DNA of 31,440 nt from the NCBI GenBank assembly GCA_031367385.1, contig JANLPS010000183.1, positions 1-31,440 of the forward strand. Direction: 5' to 3'. The DNA comes from Archangium sp. Lineage in GTDB: Bacteria; Myxococcota; Myxococcia; Myxococcales; Myxococcaceae. Below, piece after piece: positions 17,170 through 27,792 of this stretch (position 1 is the stretch's first letter; each line of letters starts with the position of its first letter). The position numbers and the translations under genes are program-made. A model generated the notes under the pieces. It was not told where the DNA came from. It worked only from the letters and a program-made list of their open reading frames with translations, and searched no databases.

Positions 17170-17843
17170 CCCCCACCGCGGAAGAAGTCGCCGAGGCGCC
17201 TGTCGAGGCCGCACCCGCCCCAGAGCCAACGCCACAAGACCCTCACTGGCTCTCTGATTGGAAGCCTTACCAGGACGCGGCCCTCTACCTGCAAACGTTG
17301 CGACGCGTCGCCTTTCACCCGCACCGCTTTGGTGGTGCGTGGGTCAAAGGCGAGGTGGTGGCTTTCAACCCAGCCGCGTTCTACCTGGTGTCAACCGCGC
17401 TCAGCGAGGCTGTTGCTTCGCTGTGGCGGCATCTCATCGACCTGCCAAGCCAGTCGCCATGGGAGGCGGCTCTGGAAAGGGCCGAGGAATACGCGACGAC
17501 CCTCATCTTCGCCGGGCTCGTTCACTACTTCATCAGCGTGAGCGTCGCCAAGCCGCGGCGTTTTCGCTCAACCGTGGCCGCGACGCTCTACGGTTCGGGC
17601 GCGGCGAACGTTCTTGCTATCCCGATCATCTTTGCTTCGGTGAAAGACAACGGGCCGACGGTGTACGGGGTGCTCGGCATGATCGTCTTGGCGTGCGTCG
17701 TGGGCCTCACGTCGCTCAGTCTGACGGGAGTTCACGGTCTGAATCGCCGGCTTGGTATCGGCACCGTGGTGTCGGCTGGGTTTGTTTCGGGCATGCTCTG
17801 GCTCGGCTCGAACCTCATCGGCCATCGGCTCGGGTGGCTTTAA
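17166..17843 (+). CDS. Multi-pass membrane protein of unknown function
   Basis: About five hydrophobic segments. GTGA overlap with the upstream gene; the stop overlaps the convergent LysR stop (TTAA). Confidence 0.65.
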   Translation: MTPTAEEVAEAPVEAAPAPEPTPQDPHWLSDWKPYQDAALYLQTLRRVAFHPHRFGGAWVKGEVVAFNPAAFYLVSTALSEAVASLWRHLIDLPSQSPWEAALERAEEYATTLIFAGLVHYFISVSVAKPRRFRSTVAATLYGSGAANVLAIPIIFASVKDNGPTVYGVLGMIVLACVVGLTSLSLTGVHGLNRRLGIGTVVSAGFVSGMLWLGSNLIGHRLGWL

Positions 17844-18727
17844 GCGCGTCGCTCCCCGCGCAGAGCCACACGGAGATGGTCGCGCAGCAGCTTCACCCGC
17901 GCGGGTAACGCGCGAAGGCCTCTGGTCAGCATCATCAGCCGAGCCGAACCCATCGTCACCGAGGGCAGCACCCGCGTCAGCCGGCCATTGTCGATCGCCA
18001 ATGCGGTCAAGAACGTCGGCAAGAGGGCGATGCCCGCGCCCGCTTGAGCCAATGAAGAGAGCACCTCGAAGTCACTGCAGCTGATCGCCGGCGGCCTGGC
18101 CTGACGAGCCTCCGCGGGCAGAAATGCCTTCGTGCCTTTCGGCGGTATCGGCCACAGCCCATCGTGTTGAGCGAGGTCATCGAGGCTGCGCGGCTCGCCC
18201 TTTCGCTCGAGGTACCCCGGAGACGCGAAGAAGCCCGACTCGAGGTCTCGCAGGCGCGTGCCGAGCCAGCTCCCCGGGCCGGCCATACCGACCCGTATCG
18301 CGATGTCGATTTCGCTCAAGTCTTCAAGGGTGGGTGAGACGCGGAGATGCAGGCGAATCGCGGGGTACCGAAAGCGAAACGCGCCCAGCGCCGAGGGCAA
18401 CAACGCGCGCGCCACTTCGGCGGTGGTGGCGATCACGACTTCTCCGCTGGGATCCTCGCTGGTCGCCTGCGCATTGACCGCCTCTGCCAGCGCAGTCAAA
18501 GGCTCAGAGACCTTTCGCAGCAGGGCGCTGCCCTCGGGCGTCAACCGCATCGATCGAGTCGACCGGGTGAAGAGTGGGGTGTGGAGCTCGGCCTCGAGCG
18601 ACGAGATGATTCGACTGACCCGTGACTTGTCGAGCCGCAGGCGTGCGGCAGCCTGAGTGAAGCTCAGCGTCGCGGCCACGGTCTGAAACACGCTCAGCCC
18701 GTTCAAATCAATTAATGTCGAATTCAC
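17840..18727 (-). CDS. LysR family transcriptional regulator
   Basis: SFTQAAARLRLDKSRVSRIISSLEAELHTPLFTRSTRSMRLTPEG HTH; DIAIR, ASPGYL and GAGIALLP. Confidence 0.93.
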   Translation of the reverse strand: MNSTLIDLNGLSVFQTVAATLSFTQAAARLRLDKSRVSRIISSLEAELHTPLFTRSTRSMRLTPEGSALLRKVSEPLTALAEAVNAQATSEDPSGEVVIATTAEVARALLPSALGAFRFRYPAIRLHLRVSPTLEDLSEIDIAIRVGMAGPGSWLGTRLRDLESGFFASPGYLERKGEPRSLDDLAQHDGLWPIPPKGTKAFLPAEARQARPPAISCSDFEVLSSLAQAGAGIALLPTFLTALAIDNGRLTRVLPSVTMGSARLMMLTRGLRALPARVKLLRDHLRVALRGERRA

Positions 18728-18733
18728 ATCAGT

Positions 18734-18753
18734 ATCTTGTCAGTTCACGAGAT
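18734..18753. promoter_or_regulatory. Candidate LysR binding site (imperfect palindrome)
   Basis: ATCTTGT-N6-ACGAGAT, containing T-N11-A spacings, in the 61-bp divergent spacer. Confidence 0.35.
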
Positions 18754-18788
18754 TGTTGTCGCGTGGCCGGTGGCCCTATTGATTGTGC

Positions 18789-19373
18789 ATGAACCTCAAA
18801 TACCTGTCGCTGCTCGTCGTTGCCGCCTGCGCCTCGACCCCCAAGGCGGTTCGACTCTCGACCGACAGCCCGGTTCTCACCCTGGTGTGGGTCGGCCGGG
18901 GCGAGGCCGAGCGCCTCGACGCCACCGGCTGGCAGCGTGTGCCTGCGTTCGACTACGAGTTCTCAGTCGAGCAGCGCCGCTTCGCCGACCACTGGGAGTC
19001 AGTGAAGCACTTGACTCGCAGCCACCCCGACTACGACGGCAGTGCCGGGCCGCGTGAGCAGACCATGTACTTTCAGCTCGATTACCAGCGCGATGGTGAC
19101 GGGGTGCGCTCGTCGATTCGCTCGACGCTAGGCGACGGTGCGGGCACCTCTGACTCCGAGTTTCGCCATGCACACCTCAAGATGCGCGCTGACGTCAGCA
19201 GCATGGCGCCGTTCGACACCTACCAAATCGAACAGACCTACTCATACGAGAAGGGCGAGCTGCGCGAAGACGTGACCCTGCTCAAGGGCGAGGCGCCGTG
19301 GGTTCGAAATCATGAGGTGGCGACGCTGTTCGCGCCCAAGCGCTTCGACGCGCCGCCCACCACGCTCAAGTGA
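18789..19373 (+). CDS. Putative lipoprotein of unknown function
   Basis: MNLKYLSLLVVAAC lipobox-type signal, followed by an aromatic, beta-strand-like mature region. Divergent from LysR. Confidence 0.7.
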   Translation: MNLKYLSLLVVAACASTPKAVRLSTDSPVLTLVWVGRGEAERLDATGWQRVPAFDYEFSVEQRRFADHWESVKHLTRSHPDYDGSAGPREQTMYFQLDYQRDGDGVRSSIRSTLGDGAGTSDSEFRHAHLKMRADVSSMAPFDTYQIEQTYSYEKGELREDVTLLKGEAPWVRNHEVATLFAPKRFDAPPTTLK

Positions 19374-20714
19374 TCAGTCGTGACCCTTGAGGCCGTACTT
19401 CTGCACCAACCGGTGCACGTAGTTACGGGCGATGCCGGCTTCTCTCGCCATCTGCGAGATGTTGCCTTTGCATTTGACCAGCAGCGACTCGAGGTACTGC
19501 TTTGTGAACGAGTCGACCAGCTGCTCTTTCGCTTCTTTGAAGGGCAGGTCGGTGATGCCTTCGCCTGACGCACCGGGGGGCCGAGGAGCCCCCGTCGTCA
19601 CTTCGGTCATCGGCTCGACATCGGCTCCGGCGAGCGAGCGCTCGACCAGGTTTCGCAATTCACGCACGTTGCCAGGCCAGTGGTACGCGGCGAAGCGGGT
19701 CATCAGCTGCCCGGGCAGCTCGAAGTCTCCGCGGCCCATTGATTGAACGAAGTGCTTGGTCAGCAACGGCAGGTCGTCGATGCGATCGCGCAGCGGAGGC
19801 ACGGTGATCAACACCACCGCCAACCGGTAATACAGGTCTCGCCGAAAACGGCCCGCTTCGACCTCGGCCTCGAGATCTCGGTGGGTCGCGGCGATCACGC
19901 GCATGTCGACCCGGCGCGGCTTGTCTTCGCCGACCCGTCGAACCGTACCCGCTTCGAGCACTCGCAAGAGCTTGGGCTGAAGCTCGAGGGGCAACTCGCC
20001 GACCTCGTCGAGAAAGATCGTGCCGCCGTCGGCCTCGAGAAACGCCCCCCGGCGATCAGCGACCGCGCCAGTGAACGAGCCGCGCACGTGGCCGAACAAT
20101 TCGCTCTCGATCAACGTCGGAGCGACCGCTCCGCAGTCGACCACGACGAAGGGCCGGGTGGCCCGCTTCGACTTGTGGTGAATCGCGCGCGCCAGCACCT
20201 CTTTGCCGGTGCCGGTCTCGCCCAGCAGCAGCACCGTCGAATCGGTCGGAGCGACTTTTTCGAGAATGCCGAACAGCTGCTTCATCGCGCCTGACGCCCC
20301 GAGCGCGGGCCCGAAGGTGGGCTGCTCGGCCGGCCGGCCCAGGTCAGCCTCTTTCATACTGACGTGAATGGCGGTCTTGCCCACCGTGATGGTCGCCTGA
20401 TCTTCGACGATCACCTCGGTGATGCGGGTGCCTGACAGGTAGGTGCCGTTGGTCGACTCGAGATCGCGCACGCGCACGCCGTCGGGGCGGGCCTCGAACT
20501 CGACGTGGTACCTCGAGACGGTCGTGTCGCTCAGACTCATCGAGGCATCGGCATGACTGCCGACGACCACGCGGCCTACGACTTCGCGCGTCAGCCCTTG
20601 GTCGGGGCCAGCGGTAACGGTGACTTGGTAGCGGCGCTCTCGCAACGTGCCGCTGAGGCGGTCAAGTCGAAGAAGGGCTCCGGGGCTTTGCAGTGGTTCG
20701 GTCGCCTGACTCAT
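19374..20714 (-). CDS. FHA-domain sigma54-dependent enhancer-binding protein
   Basis: FHA (DTTVSRYH...DLESTNGT), Walker [39 protein letters not shown] and a Fis-type HTH. Confidence 0.93.
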   Translation of the reverse strand: MSQATEPLQSPGALLRLDRLSGTLRERRYQVTVTAGPDQGLTREVVGRVVVGSHADASMSLSDTTVSRYHVEFEARPDGVRVRDLESTNGTYLSGTRITEVIVEDQATITVGKTAIHVSMKEADLGRPAEQPTFGPALGASGAMKQLFGILEKVAPTDSTVLLLGETGTGKEVLARAIHHKSKRATRPFVVVDCGAVAPTLIESELFGHVRGSFTGAVADRRGAFLEADGGTIFLDEVGELPLELQPKLLRVLEAGTVRRVGEDKPRRVDMRVIAATHRDLEAEVEAGRFRRDLYYRLAVVLITVPPLRDRIDDLPLLTKHFVQSMGRGDFELPGQLMTRFAAYHWPGNVRELRNLVERSLAGADVEPMTEVTTGAPRPPGASGEGITDLPFKEAKEQLVDSFTKQYLESLLVKCKGNISQMAREAGIARNYVHRLVQKYGLKGHD

Positions 20715-20837
20715 GAGCAGGGGTGACTATACCGATGCAGCGCACTCGACACGCACCGAATGTTGTCGTTGACGATTCATGAACCCGCGCCCATGGTGCG
20801 GCCGCACTTTTTCAATTGCACCCACATTGAGGTACAC

Positions 20838-22124
20838 ATGGCCACTGGCGAGAAAATCACGCTGAGCAACGGCAAGCTGCACGTCCCCAACAACCCGATT
20901 TTGCCCTTCATCGAGGGTGATGGTACCGGCCCCGACATCTGGCGCGCCTCGCAGGCCGTCGTCGATGCCTCGGTCGAGAAGGCGTACAAGGGCACGAAAA
21001 AAATCAGCTGGATGGAGGTTCTCGCCGGCGAAAAGGCCTTCAAGCTCAAGAACAACTGGCTGCCCGACGAGACCGTCGCTGCCTTTCGCGAGTACCTGGT
21101 CGGCATCAAGGGCCCTCTGACCACTCCCATCGGCGGCGGCATTCGCTCGCTCAACGTCGCGCTCCGCCAGATGCTCGACCTGTACGTGTGCCTGCGGCCG
21201 GTGCGCTACTTCAAGGGCGTGCCCTCGCCGGTGAAGAACCCCGAGAAGGTCGACATGACCATCTTTCGCGAGAACTGCGAAGACATCTACGCCGGCATCG
21301 AGTTCGAGGCGGGGTCTCCCGAGGCCGCCAAGATGCTCGCGTTTTTGCAAAAAGAGTTTCCCAAAGACGCCAAGAAGATTCGCTTTAGCGAGGGCGTCGG
21401 CATCGGCATCAAGCCGGTCTCGAAAGAGGGCACCGAGCGGTTGGTGCGCGCGGCGATCAAGTACGCGCTCGACCACAAGCGAAAGTCGGTCTCGCTGGTG
21501 CACAAGGGCAACATCATGAAGTTCACCGAAGGCGCCTTCATGAAGTGGGGCTACGAGCTCGCCGACCGTGAGTTCGCCGACCGCGTCTACACCTGGCAGA
21601 CCTGGGAGAAGACCAAGGCCGCCAAGGGTGAAGAGGCCGCCAACGCCGAGCAGAAGGAGCAGCTGAAGAACGGCAAGCTGCTGATCAAAGATTCGATCGC
21701 CGACATCACGTTGCAGCAGGTGCTCACCCGCCCCGACGAGTTCGACGTGATCGCCACCTTGAACTTGAACGGCGACTACCTCTCTGACGCGCTCGCGGCG
21801 CAGGTCGGCGGCATCGGCATCGCCCCTGGAGGCAACATCAACTACGTCACCGGGCACGCGGTGTTCGAGGCGACCCACGGTACCGCTCCGAAGTACGCGA
21901 ACCTCGACAAGGTCAACCCTGGCTCGGTCATCTTGTCGGCCGAGATGATGCTGCGCCACCTCGGCTGGCACGAGGCAGCAGACCTCATCATCAAGGGGAT
22001 GGATCAGGCGATCGCGCAGAAGACGGTCACCTACGACTTTGCCCGTCTGATGAAGCAAGAAGGGCAGAACCCGACCGAGGTGAAGTGCAGCGAGTTCGGG
22101 CAAGCCATCATCAAGAACATGTGA
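20838..22124 (+). CDS. icd: NADP-dependent isocitrate dehydrogenase
   Basis: [59 protein letters not shown] and [17 protein letters not shown] before ATG 20838. Confidence 0.96.
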   Translation: MATGEKITLSNGKLHVPNNPILPFIEGDGTGPDIWRASQAVVDASVEKAYKGTKKISWMEVLAGEKAFKLKNNWLPDETVAAFREYLVGIKGPLTTPIGGGIRSLNVALRQMLDLYVCLRPVRYFKGVPSPVKNPEKVDMTIFRENCEDIYAGIEFEAGSPEAAKMLAFLQKEFPKDAKKIRFSEGVGIGIKPVSKEGTERLVRAAIKYALDHKRKSVSLVHKGNIMKFTEGAFMKWGYELADREFADRVYTWQTWEKTKAAKGEEAANAEQKEQLKNGKLLIKDSIADITLQQVLTRPDEFDVIATLNLNGDYLSDALAAQVGGIGIAPGGNINYVTGHAVFEATHGTAPKYANLDKVNPGSVILSAEMMLRHLGWHEAADLIIKGMDQAIAQKTVTYDFARLMKQEGQNPTEVKCSEFGQAIIKNM

Positions 22125-22155
22125 TCACTCTTCACGAAACTGACTGGAAAAAATC

Positions 22156-23103
22156 ATGATCAAGCGACCTAAGATTGCAATCATCGGAGCGGGTGGAAAC
22201 GTCGGCGCGGCGGTCGCGCAGTGGGCGGTGCTCAAAGAGCTCGGCGACCTCGTGCTGATCGACGTCAAGCCGCAGCCCGCCGAGGGCCGGGCCCTCGACC
22301 TCACCCAGGCCGGCGCCTGGGAGGGCTTCAACAACACCAGCTTCGTCGCCACTGACAAGCCCGAGGCGATGAAAGACGCCGACGTGGTCGTGATGACCGC
22401 CGGCGTGCCCCGCAAGCCGGGCCAGTCGCGCGAAGAGCTGATCAACATCAACGCCGGCATCGTTCGCGACATCTGCAAGAACGTGAAGCAGTACGCGCCT
22501 GAATCGGTGCTGATCGTCGTCTCGAACCCGCTCGACGCGATGGTCTTCGTCGCCAAGCAGATCACCGGTTTCCCCCGTGAGCGGGTGATCGGGTCGGCTG
22601 GAGTGCTCGATAGCGCCCGCTTTCGCACCTACCTGGCTCGCGCCGCCGACGTCAGCGTCGAAGACGTGCACGCCATCGTGCTGGGCGCGCACACCGACAA
22701 AGACATGGTGCCAATCGTCTCGACCGCGACCATCGGTAACGTGCCGGTGACCAAGTTCTTGTCGGTCGAGAAGCTCACCGAGGTTGTCGAGAACACCAAG
22801 AAGGGCGGCGCCACCTTGACCGCGCTGATCGGCACCTCGGCCTGGTTGGCCCCTGGTGCTGGCACCTGCTTGATGGTCGAGGCCATCGTGCGCAACCAGG
22901 GCCGCATCTTGCCGTGCTCAGTCGAGCTGCAGGGTGAGTTCGGCGTCAAAGACGCCTTCGTCGGAGTACCGGTGAAGCTCTCGGCCAAGGGCGCTGAGAA
23001 GATCTTCGAGTTCGAGCTGTCAGCGGCTGAAAAAGAGGCGTTCACCAAGTCGGTCGCGGCGAACGTCGAGCTGATGAACATCGCTCGCGGCTTCTTGGGC
23101 TAA
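22156..23103 (+). CDS. mdh: Malate dehydrogenase (LDH-like)
   Basis: IAIIGAGGNVG, TAGVPRKPGQSREEL, VSNPLD and LDSAR. Directly downstream of icd. Confidence 0.93.
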   Translation: MIKRPKIAIIGAGGNVGAAVAQWAVLKELGDLVLIDVKPQPAEGRALDLTQAGAWEGFNNTSFVATDKPEAMKDADVVVMTAGVPRKPGQSREELININAGIVRDICKNVKQYAPESVLIVVSNPLDAMVFVAKQITGFPRERVIGSAGVLDSARFRTYLARAADVSVEDVHAIVLGAHTDKDMVPIVSTATIGNVPVTKFLSVEKLTEVVENTKKGGATLTALIGTSAWLAPGAGTCLMVEAIVRNQGRILPCSVELQGEFGVKDAFVGVPVKLSAKGAEKIFEFELSAAEKEAFTKSVAANVELMNIARGFLG

Positions 23104-23118
23104 GCCCACAGTGTAGGC

Positions 23119-23151
23119 AGAAGGGGGGCTCGCCTCAGGGCCTCCTTTCTT
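23119..23151 (+). terminator. Probable terminator of icd-mdh
   Basis: AGAAGGGGGGCTC (23119-23131) pairs with GGGCCTCCTTTCT (23138-23150) using G-U pairs; T-rich 3' end. Confidence 0.55.
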
Positions 23152-23229
23152 GACTTGGTTTTGGGGCCGCCTTACGAAATCGGTGCCCTGGGCCTTCTGT
23201 CAACGGCTCAGCTTCGGAGCGCCGATCAA

Positions 23230-23598
23230 ATGACCCCGCAGAACGAGCAACAACAAAACCAGAACCCGATTCAGCCCATCGGCGGCAAAGAGACCGTGCG
23301 TGAGCAAGACAAGATCATGCTGATCTTGTCGTACCTCGGCATTCTCTCGCTCATACCCCTGCTGACGGTCAAAGACAGCGACTACGTCAAATTTCACGCG
23401 AAGCAGGGCCTGGTGTTGTTCGGCTTCGGCGTCATCACCGTGCTGCTGAACATGATCCCCTTCGTGGGTACGATCATTTACTGCGTCGGGGTTCTGGGCC
23501 TCTTCGTGCTGACCATCATGGGCATCGTCAAAGCCCTGGGTGGTGAGCGGTGGCGAATACCCGTCGTCTCTGACGTCGCGCAGAAGATCAACATGTAG
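23230..23598 (+). CDS. DUF4870-like small membrane protein
   Basis: ILSYLGILSLIPLL...YVKFHAKQGL...IMGIVKALGGERWRIP; three TM segments. Start ATG 23230. Confidence 0.8.
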   Translation: MTPQNEQQQNQNPIQPIGGKETVREQDKIMLILSYLGILSLIPLLTVKDSDYVKFHAKQGLVLFGFGVITVLLNMIPFVGTIIYCVGVLGLFVLTIMGIVKALGGERWRIPVVSDVAQKINM

Positions 23599-23625
23599 CC
23601 GTCACGCCACTGAAGCCGACGCGTG

Positions 23626-23660
23626 AAAGCCCGGTACCTGGGAGGGGGACCGGGCTTTTT
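23626..23660. terminator. Bidirectional-type intrinsic terminator
   Basis: AAAGCCCGGT (23626-23635) and ACCGGGCTTT (23649-23658) form a perfect 10-bp stem ending in T5, between convergent genes. Confidence 0.75.
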
Positions 23661-23675
23661 CATGCCCAAACGAGA

Positions 23676-24041
23676 TTAGTCTTCGACCGGCTCGTCGACG
23701 ACTTCATCGTCATCGTCGGTGTCGTCATCATCATCGTCGTCGTCGTCATCGTCTTCATCGTCGTCTTCTTCAGTCTCGTCTTCGGCGTCGAGCACCGGCA
23801 CGACTTTGCCGTCGGCCAGGTCTTCAGCGTCGATCGACATGCTGACGACGAACTTCTTCGCGATGGCCGCGGTCTGCACCAGCAGCTCGGCGATCGCCGC
23901 GACGAAGTCTTCGCCCATCGCCTTCGAGGGCTTGGCCCCGCAGTGAGGGCACTCGAGGTCTTCGGTGCCGTCGACGAGATCTTGTGCGTCGATCTCGAAG
24001 TTGCCTTCGCACTTCTGACAGTTGAAATCGATGGTTGCCAT
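23676..24041 (-). CDS. Small zinc-ribbon protein with a poly-Asp/Glu tail
   Basis: CQKC and CPHC knuckles; C-terminal EDETEEDDDEDDDDDDDDDDDTDDDDE; GC3-biased codons. Confidence 0.8.
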   Translation of the reverse strand: MATIDFNCQKCEGNFEIDAQDLVDGTEDLECPHCGAKPSKAMGEDFVAAIAELLVQTAAIAKKFVVSMSIDAEDLADGKVVPVLDAEDETEEDDDEDDDDDDDDDDDTDDDDEVVDEPVED

Positions 24042-24117
24042 AATCGCACGCGAGATAACGGCGCGACGGCTGGCGTGTCAACGACGTTCAAAGGCCCGCG
24101 ACTGAAAAACGACGGCT

Positions 24118-25416
<1,299 letters not shown>

Positions 25417-25471
25417 TGAAATTCCACTTTGAGTCGGCCATTTCAACGAAAAACGGAGCATTTTCTCGTCG

Positions 25472-26146
25472 ATGACTCGCCGCTGGACATTTGCGATTGG
25501 CGCGGTGGCGATTGTGACCACTGCCGTGATCGCTCGCGTGATGCTGCGAGAGCGCTTCGAGCCCGAGGCGATTCTCCAGCTGATGCGGGCCTCGAAAGAC
25601 GCACCGTGGGCGGTGCCGGCGTTCGTGGCGGTGTACTGCGTGGCGACAGCGCTGCTGATGCCTGCCATCGCGATGCATATCGCCGCGGGGGCCGTGTGGG
25701 GCTTCGGGCCGGGCTGGGTGCTCGGCCTGATCGGCGCCAACATCGCGTCGAATCTCCACTTTCTGGTCGGCCGCTGGGTCGGCCGCTGGGTCGGGCCTGA
25801 GCGGGTCAGAGCCTGGCTGCTCAAGCGGGGCTTGGTGAAGCTGGTCGATGAGCTCGAACAGCGGGGCGCGTTCGCCATGATCGTGATTAGGCAATTGCCG
25901 CTGCCCTTCGTGGCGGTGAACGTCACGGCGGGCACGTCGCCAATGAAGTGGGCACAGTTTGCGGTCGGTAACGCGATTGGGCTGCTGCCGAACGCGACCA
26001 TCTACACCTACTTCGCGGCGGTGCTCGCAGAGGGCGTCGAAGGGGCGAAGACCGAGGTGTTGCTGCGCGCGCTCGCCGCCGGAGCGGTGGCGATCACGTT
26101 CGGGTTGGTGTCGCGGCGGTTGATGGCGAGACCCCGTTCGTCGTGA
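25472..26146 (+). CDS. TVP38/TMEM64 (DedA, SNARE-associated) family membrane protein
   Basis: ALLMP...AAGAVWGFGPG, FLVGR, IVIRQLPLPFVAVNVTAG and GNAIGLLP. Confidence 0.85.
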   Translation: MTRRWTFAIGAVAIVTTAVIARVMLRERFEPEAILQLMRASKDAPWAVPAFVAVYCVATALLMPAIAMHIAAGAVWGFGPGWVLGLIGANIASNLHFLVGRWVGRWVGPERVRAWLLKRGLVKLVDELEQRGAFAMIVIRQLPLPFVAVNVTAGTSPMKWAQFAVGNAIGLLPNATIYTYFAAVLAEGVEGAKTEVLLRALAAGAVAITFGLVSRRLMARPRSS

Positions 26147-26152
26147 GCGGGG

Positions 26153-26842
26153 TCAGACGGTGCCGACGTAGATGTACGCAAGGCCCCACATCAACGGTAT
26201 CGCCTGCTTTGCGCTGAAGGCCCTCGAGTCGTCCATCAACCCCAAGAACTTCTCGTTCGAGGGAAACTTCGATGCGGTTCGCGGCAGGTACTCGTACGCG
26301 GCGCGGTTGCCGGTGAGCGCCCAACCAATCAGCGGCATCGCGAAGCGCGCGTAGACGCGAAACAAGGCCCCGAAAACGCCAGTCGGCTGACCGAACTCGA
26401 GCACCATCACCCGGCCTCCCGGTTTGACCACGCGGGCCAGCTCGCGCAGACACTTGGTCGGGTCATCGACGTTGCGAATGCCGAATGAAATCGATGCGAT
26501 GTCGAAGCGCTTGTCTGCGTAGGGCAGGGCGGTGGCGTCGGCGACCTCGAACTTCAGATCGTCGAACCCGGCAGCCTTGGCCTTCTGCGGAGCGGTCTTG
26601 AGCATGTCGGCGTTGAAATCAGTGCCGAGCACCGAGCCGGTCGGGCCGACCACCCGCTTGAAGTCGATCGCCAGGTCGCCGGTGCCAGTCGCGCAGTCGA
26701 GCACGGCGTCTCCGGGCTTTGCGCCGGCGGCAGCGACCGCCTTCTTGCGCCACAACCGGTGGGTGCCCATCGACATGACGTCGTTGGCCAGGTCGTAACG
26801 CGGCGCGATCTGCGAAAACATCTGGTGCACTTGTTCACTCAT
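26153..26842 (-). CDS. menG: Demethylmenaquinone methyltransferase (MenG/UbiE)
   Basis: [44 protein letters not shown] and AYEYL. Confidence 0.92.
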   Translation of the reverse strand: MSEQVHQMFSQIAPRYDLANDVMSMGTHRLWRKKAVAAAGAKPGDAVLDCATGTGDLAIDFKRVVGPTGSVLGTDFNADMLKTAPQKAKAAGFDDLKFEVADATALPYADKRFDIASISFGIRNVDDPTKCLRELARVVKPGGRVMVLEFGQPTGVFGALFRVYARFAMPLIGWALTGNRAAYEYLPRTASKFPSNEKFLGLMDDSRAFSAKQAIPLMWGLAYIYVGTV

Positions 26843-27705
26843 CGAGAACCTCCAACGGCTGCCAGCGGCTCGGGGTGAGCCATTTTGCGCCCGGTCGCGT
26901 GCAAAATGCCGGGCAGGGTGGTCATCAAGTGGCCGAACATCTCAGGCGTCAACGCCTGTGGCCCGTCGCACATCGCGACCTCGGGGTTGGGGTGCACCTC
27001 AATCAGCAACCCGTCGGCTCCGGCGGCCGCGGCGGCGAGCGACATCGGAGTCACCAGCGAGCGCACACCGGTCGAATGCGAAGGGTCGACGATCACCGGC
27101 AGCTTGGTGCGCTCTTTGACCCACGCCATGCCCGCGAGATCGAGGGTGTTTCGCAGCGTGTTGTCGAACGAGCGAATGCCACGCTCACACAGCACGACCT
27201 GATCGTTGCCGCCGTCGAGCAGGTACTCCGCGGCCAGCAGCCACTCCTCAATGGTCGAGCCGAACCCGCGCTTGAGCAGCACCGGCCGATTCACCTTCGA
27301 GGCCGCGCGGAGCAGCGCGAAGTTCTGCATGTTGCGCGCGCCGATCTGCAGCACATCGACGTAGTCGAGCATCAGCGAGAGCTGCGCGACGTCCATCACT
27401 TCGCTCACCACTGGCAAGCGCAACCGCCGGCCCGAGTCTGCGATCAGCTTCAGCCCGACTTCTCCCAACCCTTGAAACGAATAAGGGCTGGTTCTGGGCT
27501 TGAAAGCCCCACCGCGCAGCGCGTGCGCCCCGGCGCTCTTCACCGCGTTGGCCGTGCGTTCGACCTGGTCGGTGTTCTCGAGCGCGCAAGGGCCCGCAAT
27601 CACGACGAAATCACCGCCCCCGATCTCGACGCCGTGGCCGAGCCGTACCCGAATGGTGCGTTCTCCGACCGCGCGAAGCACTTGGTGTGGGCCGCCCGAC
27701 GCCAT
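26839..27705 (-). CDS. aroF: DAHP synthase type I-beta (catalytic barrel only)
   Basis: [47 protein letters not shown] and EVHP. Confidence 0.92.
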   Translation of the reverse strand: MASGGPHQVLRAVGERTIRVRLGHGVEIGGGDFVVIAGPCALENTDQVERTANAVKSAGAHALRGGAFKPRTSPYSFQGLGEVGLKLIADSGRRLRLPVVSEVMDVAQLSLMLDYVDVLQIGARNMQNFALLRAASKVNRPVLLKRGFGSTIEEWLLAAEYLLDGGNDQVVLCERGIRSFDNTLRNTLDLAGMAWVKERTKLPVIVDPSHSTGVRSLVTPMSLAAAAAGADGLLIEVHPNPEVAMCDGPQALTPEMFGHLMTTLPGILHATGRKMAHPEPLAAVGGSR

Positions 27706-27792
27706 GACGAAAACTCCCGGTTCACCGAGTTCAAGGTGTTTTGAACTTGGTGATGCATCTATAGCGGGATTGCTTTAGAAGACAACCCGACC

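Noticed and set aside
20727..22103. 458-aa ORF antisense to icd
   Set aside because: Codon-register mirror of a conserved, codon-biased gene; no independent coding signal.
23700..23785. TCG/TCA trinucleotide run and the plus-strand poly-Ser ORF 23719-23946
   Set aside because: Fully explained by the poly-Asp tail on the minus strand; not a CRISPR or satellite array.
25766..25794. 12-bp tandem duplication GTCGGCCGCTGG (VGRW twice)
   Set aside because: In-frame micro-duplication with only about 2.4 copies; no evidence of phase variation.
25417..26001. Long N-terminal extension of the 627-aa citrate synthase ORF
   Set aside because: It is the antisense of the DedA-family gene; citrate synthase similarity starts at M(PM)ANDTLSVTD.
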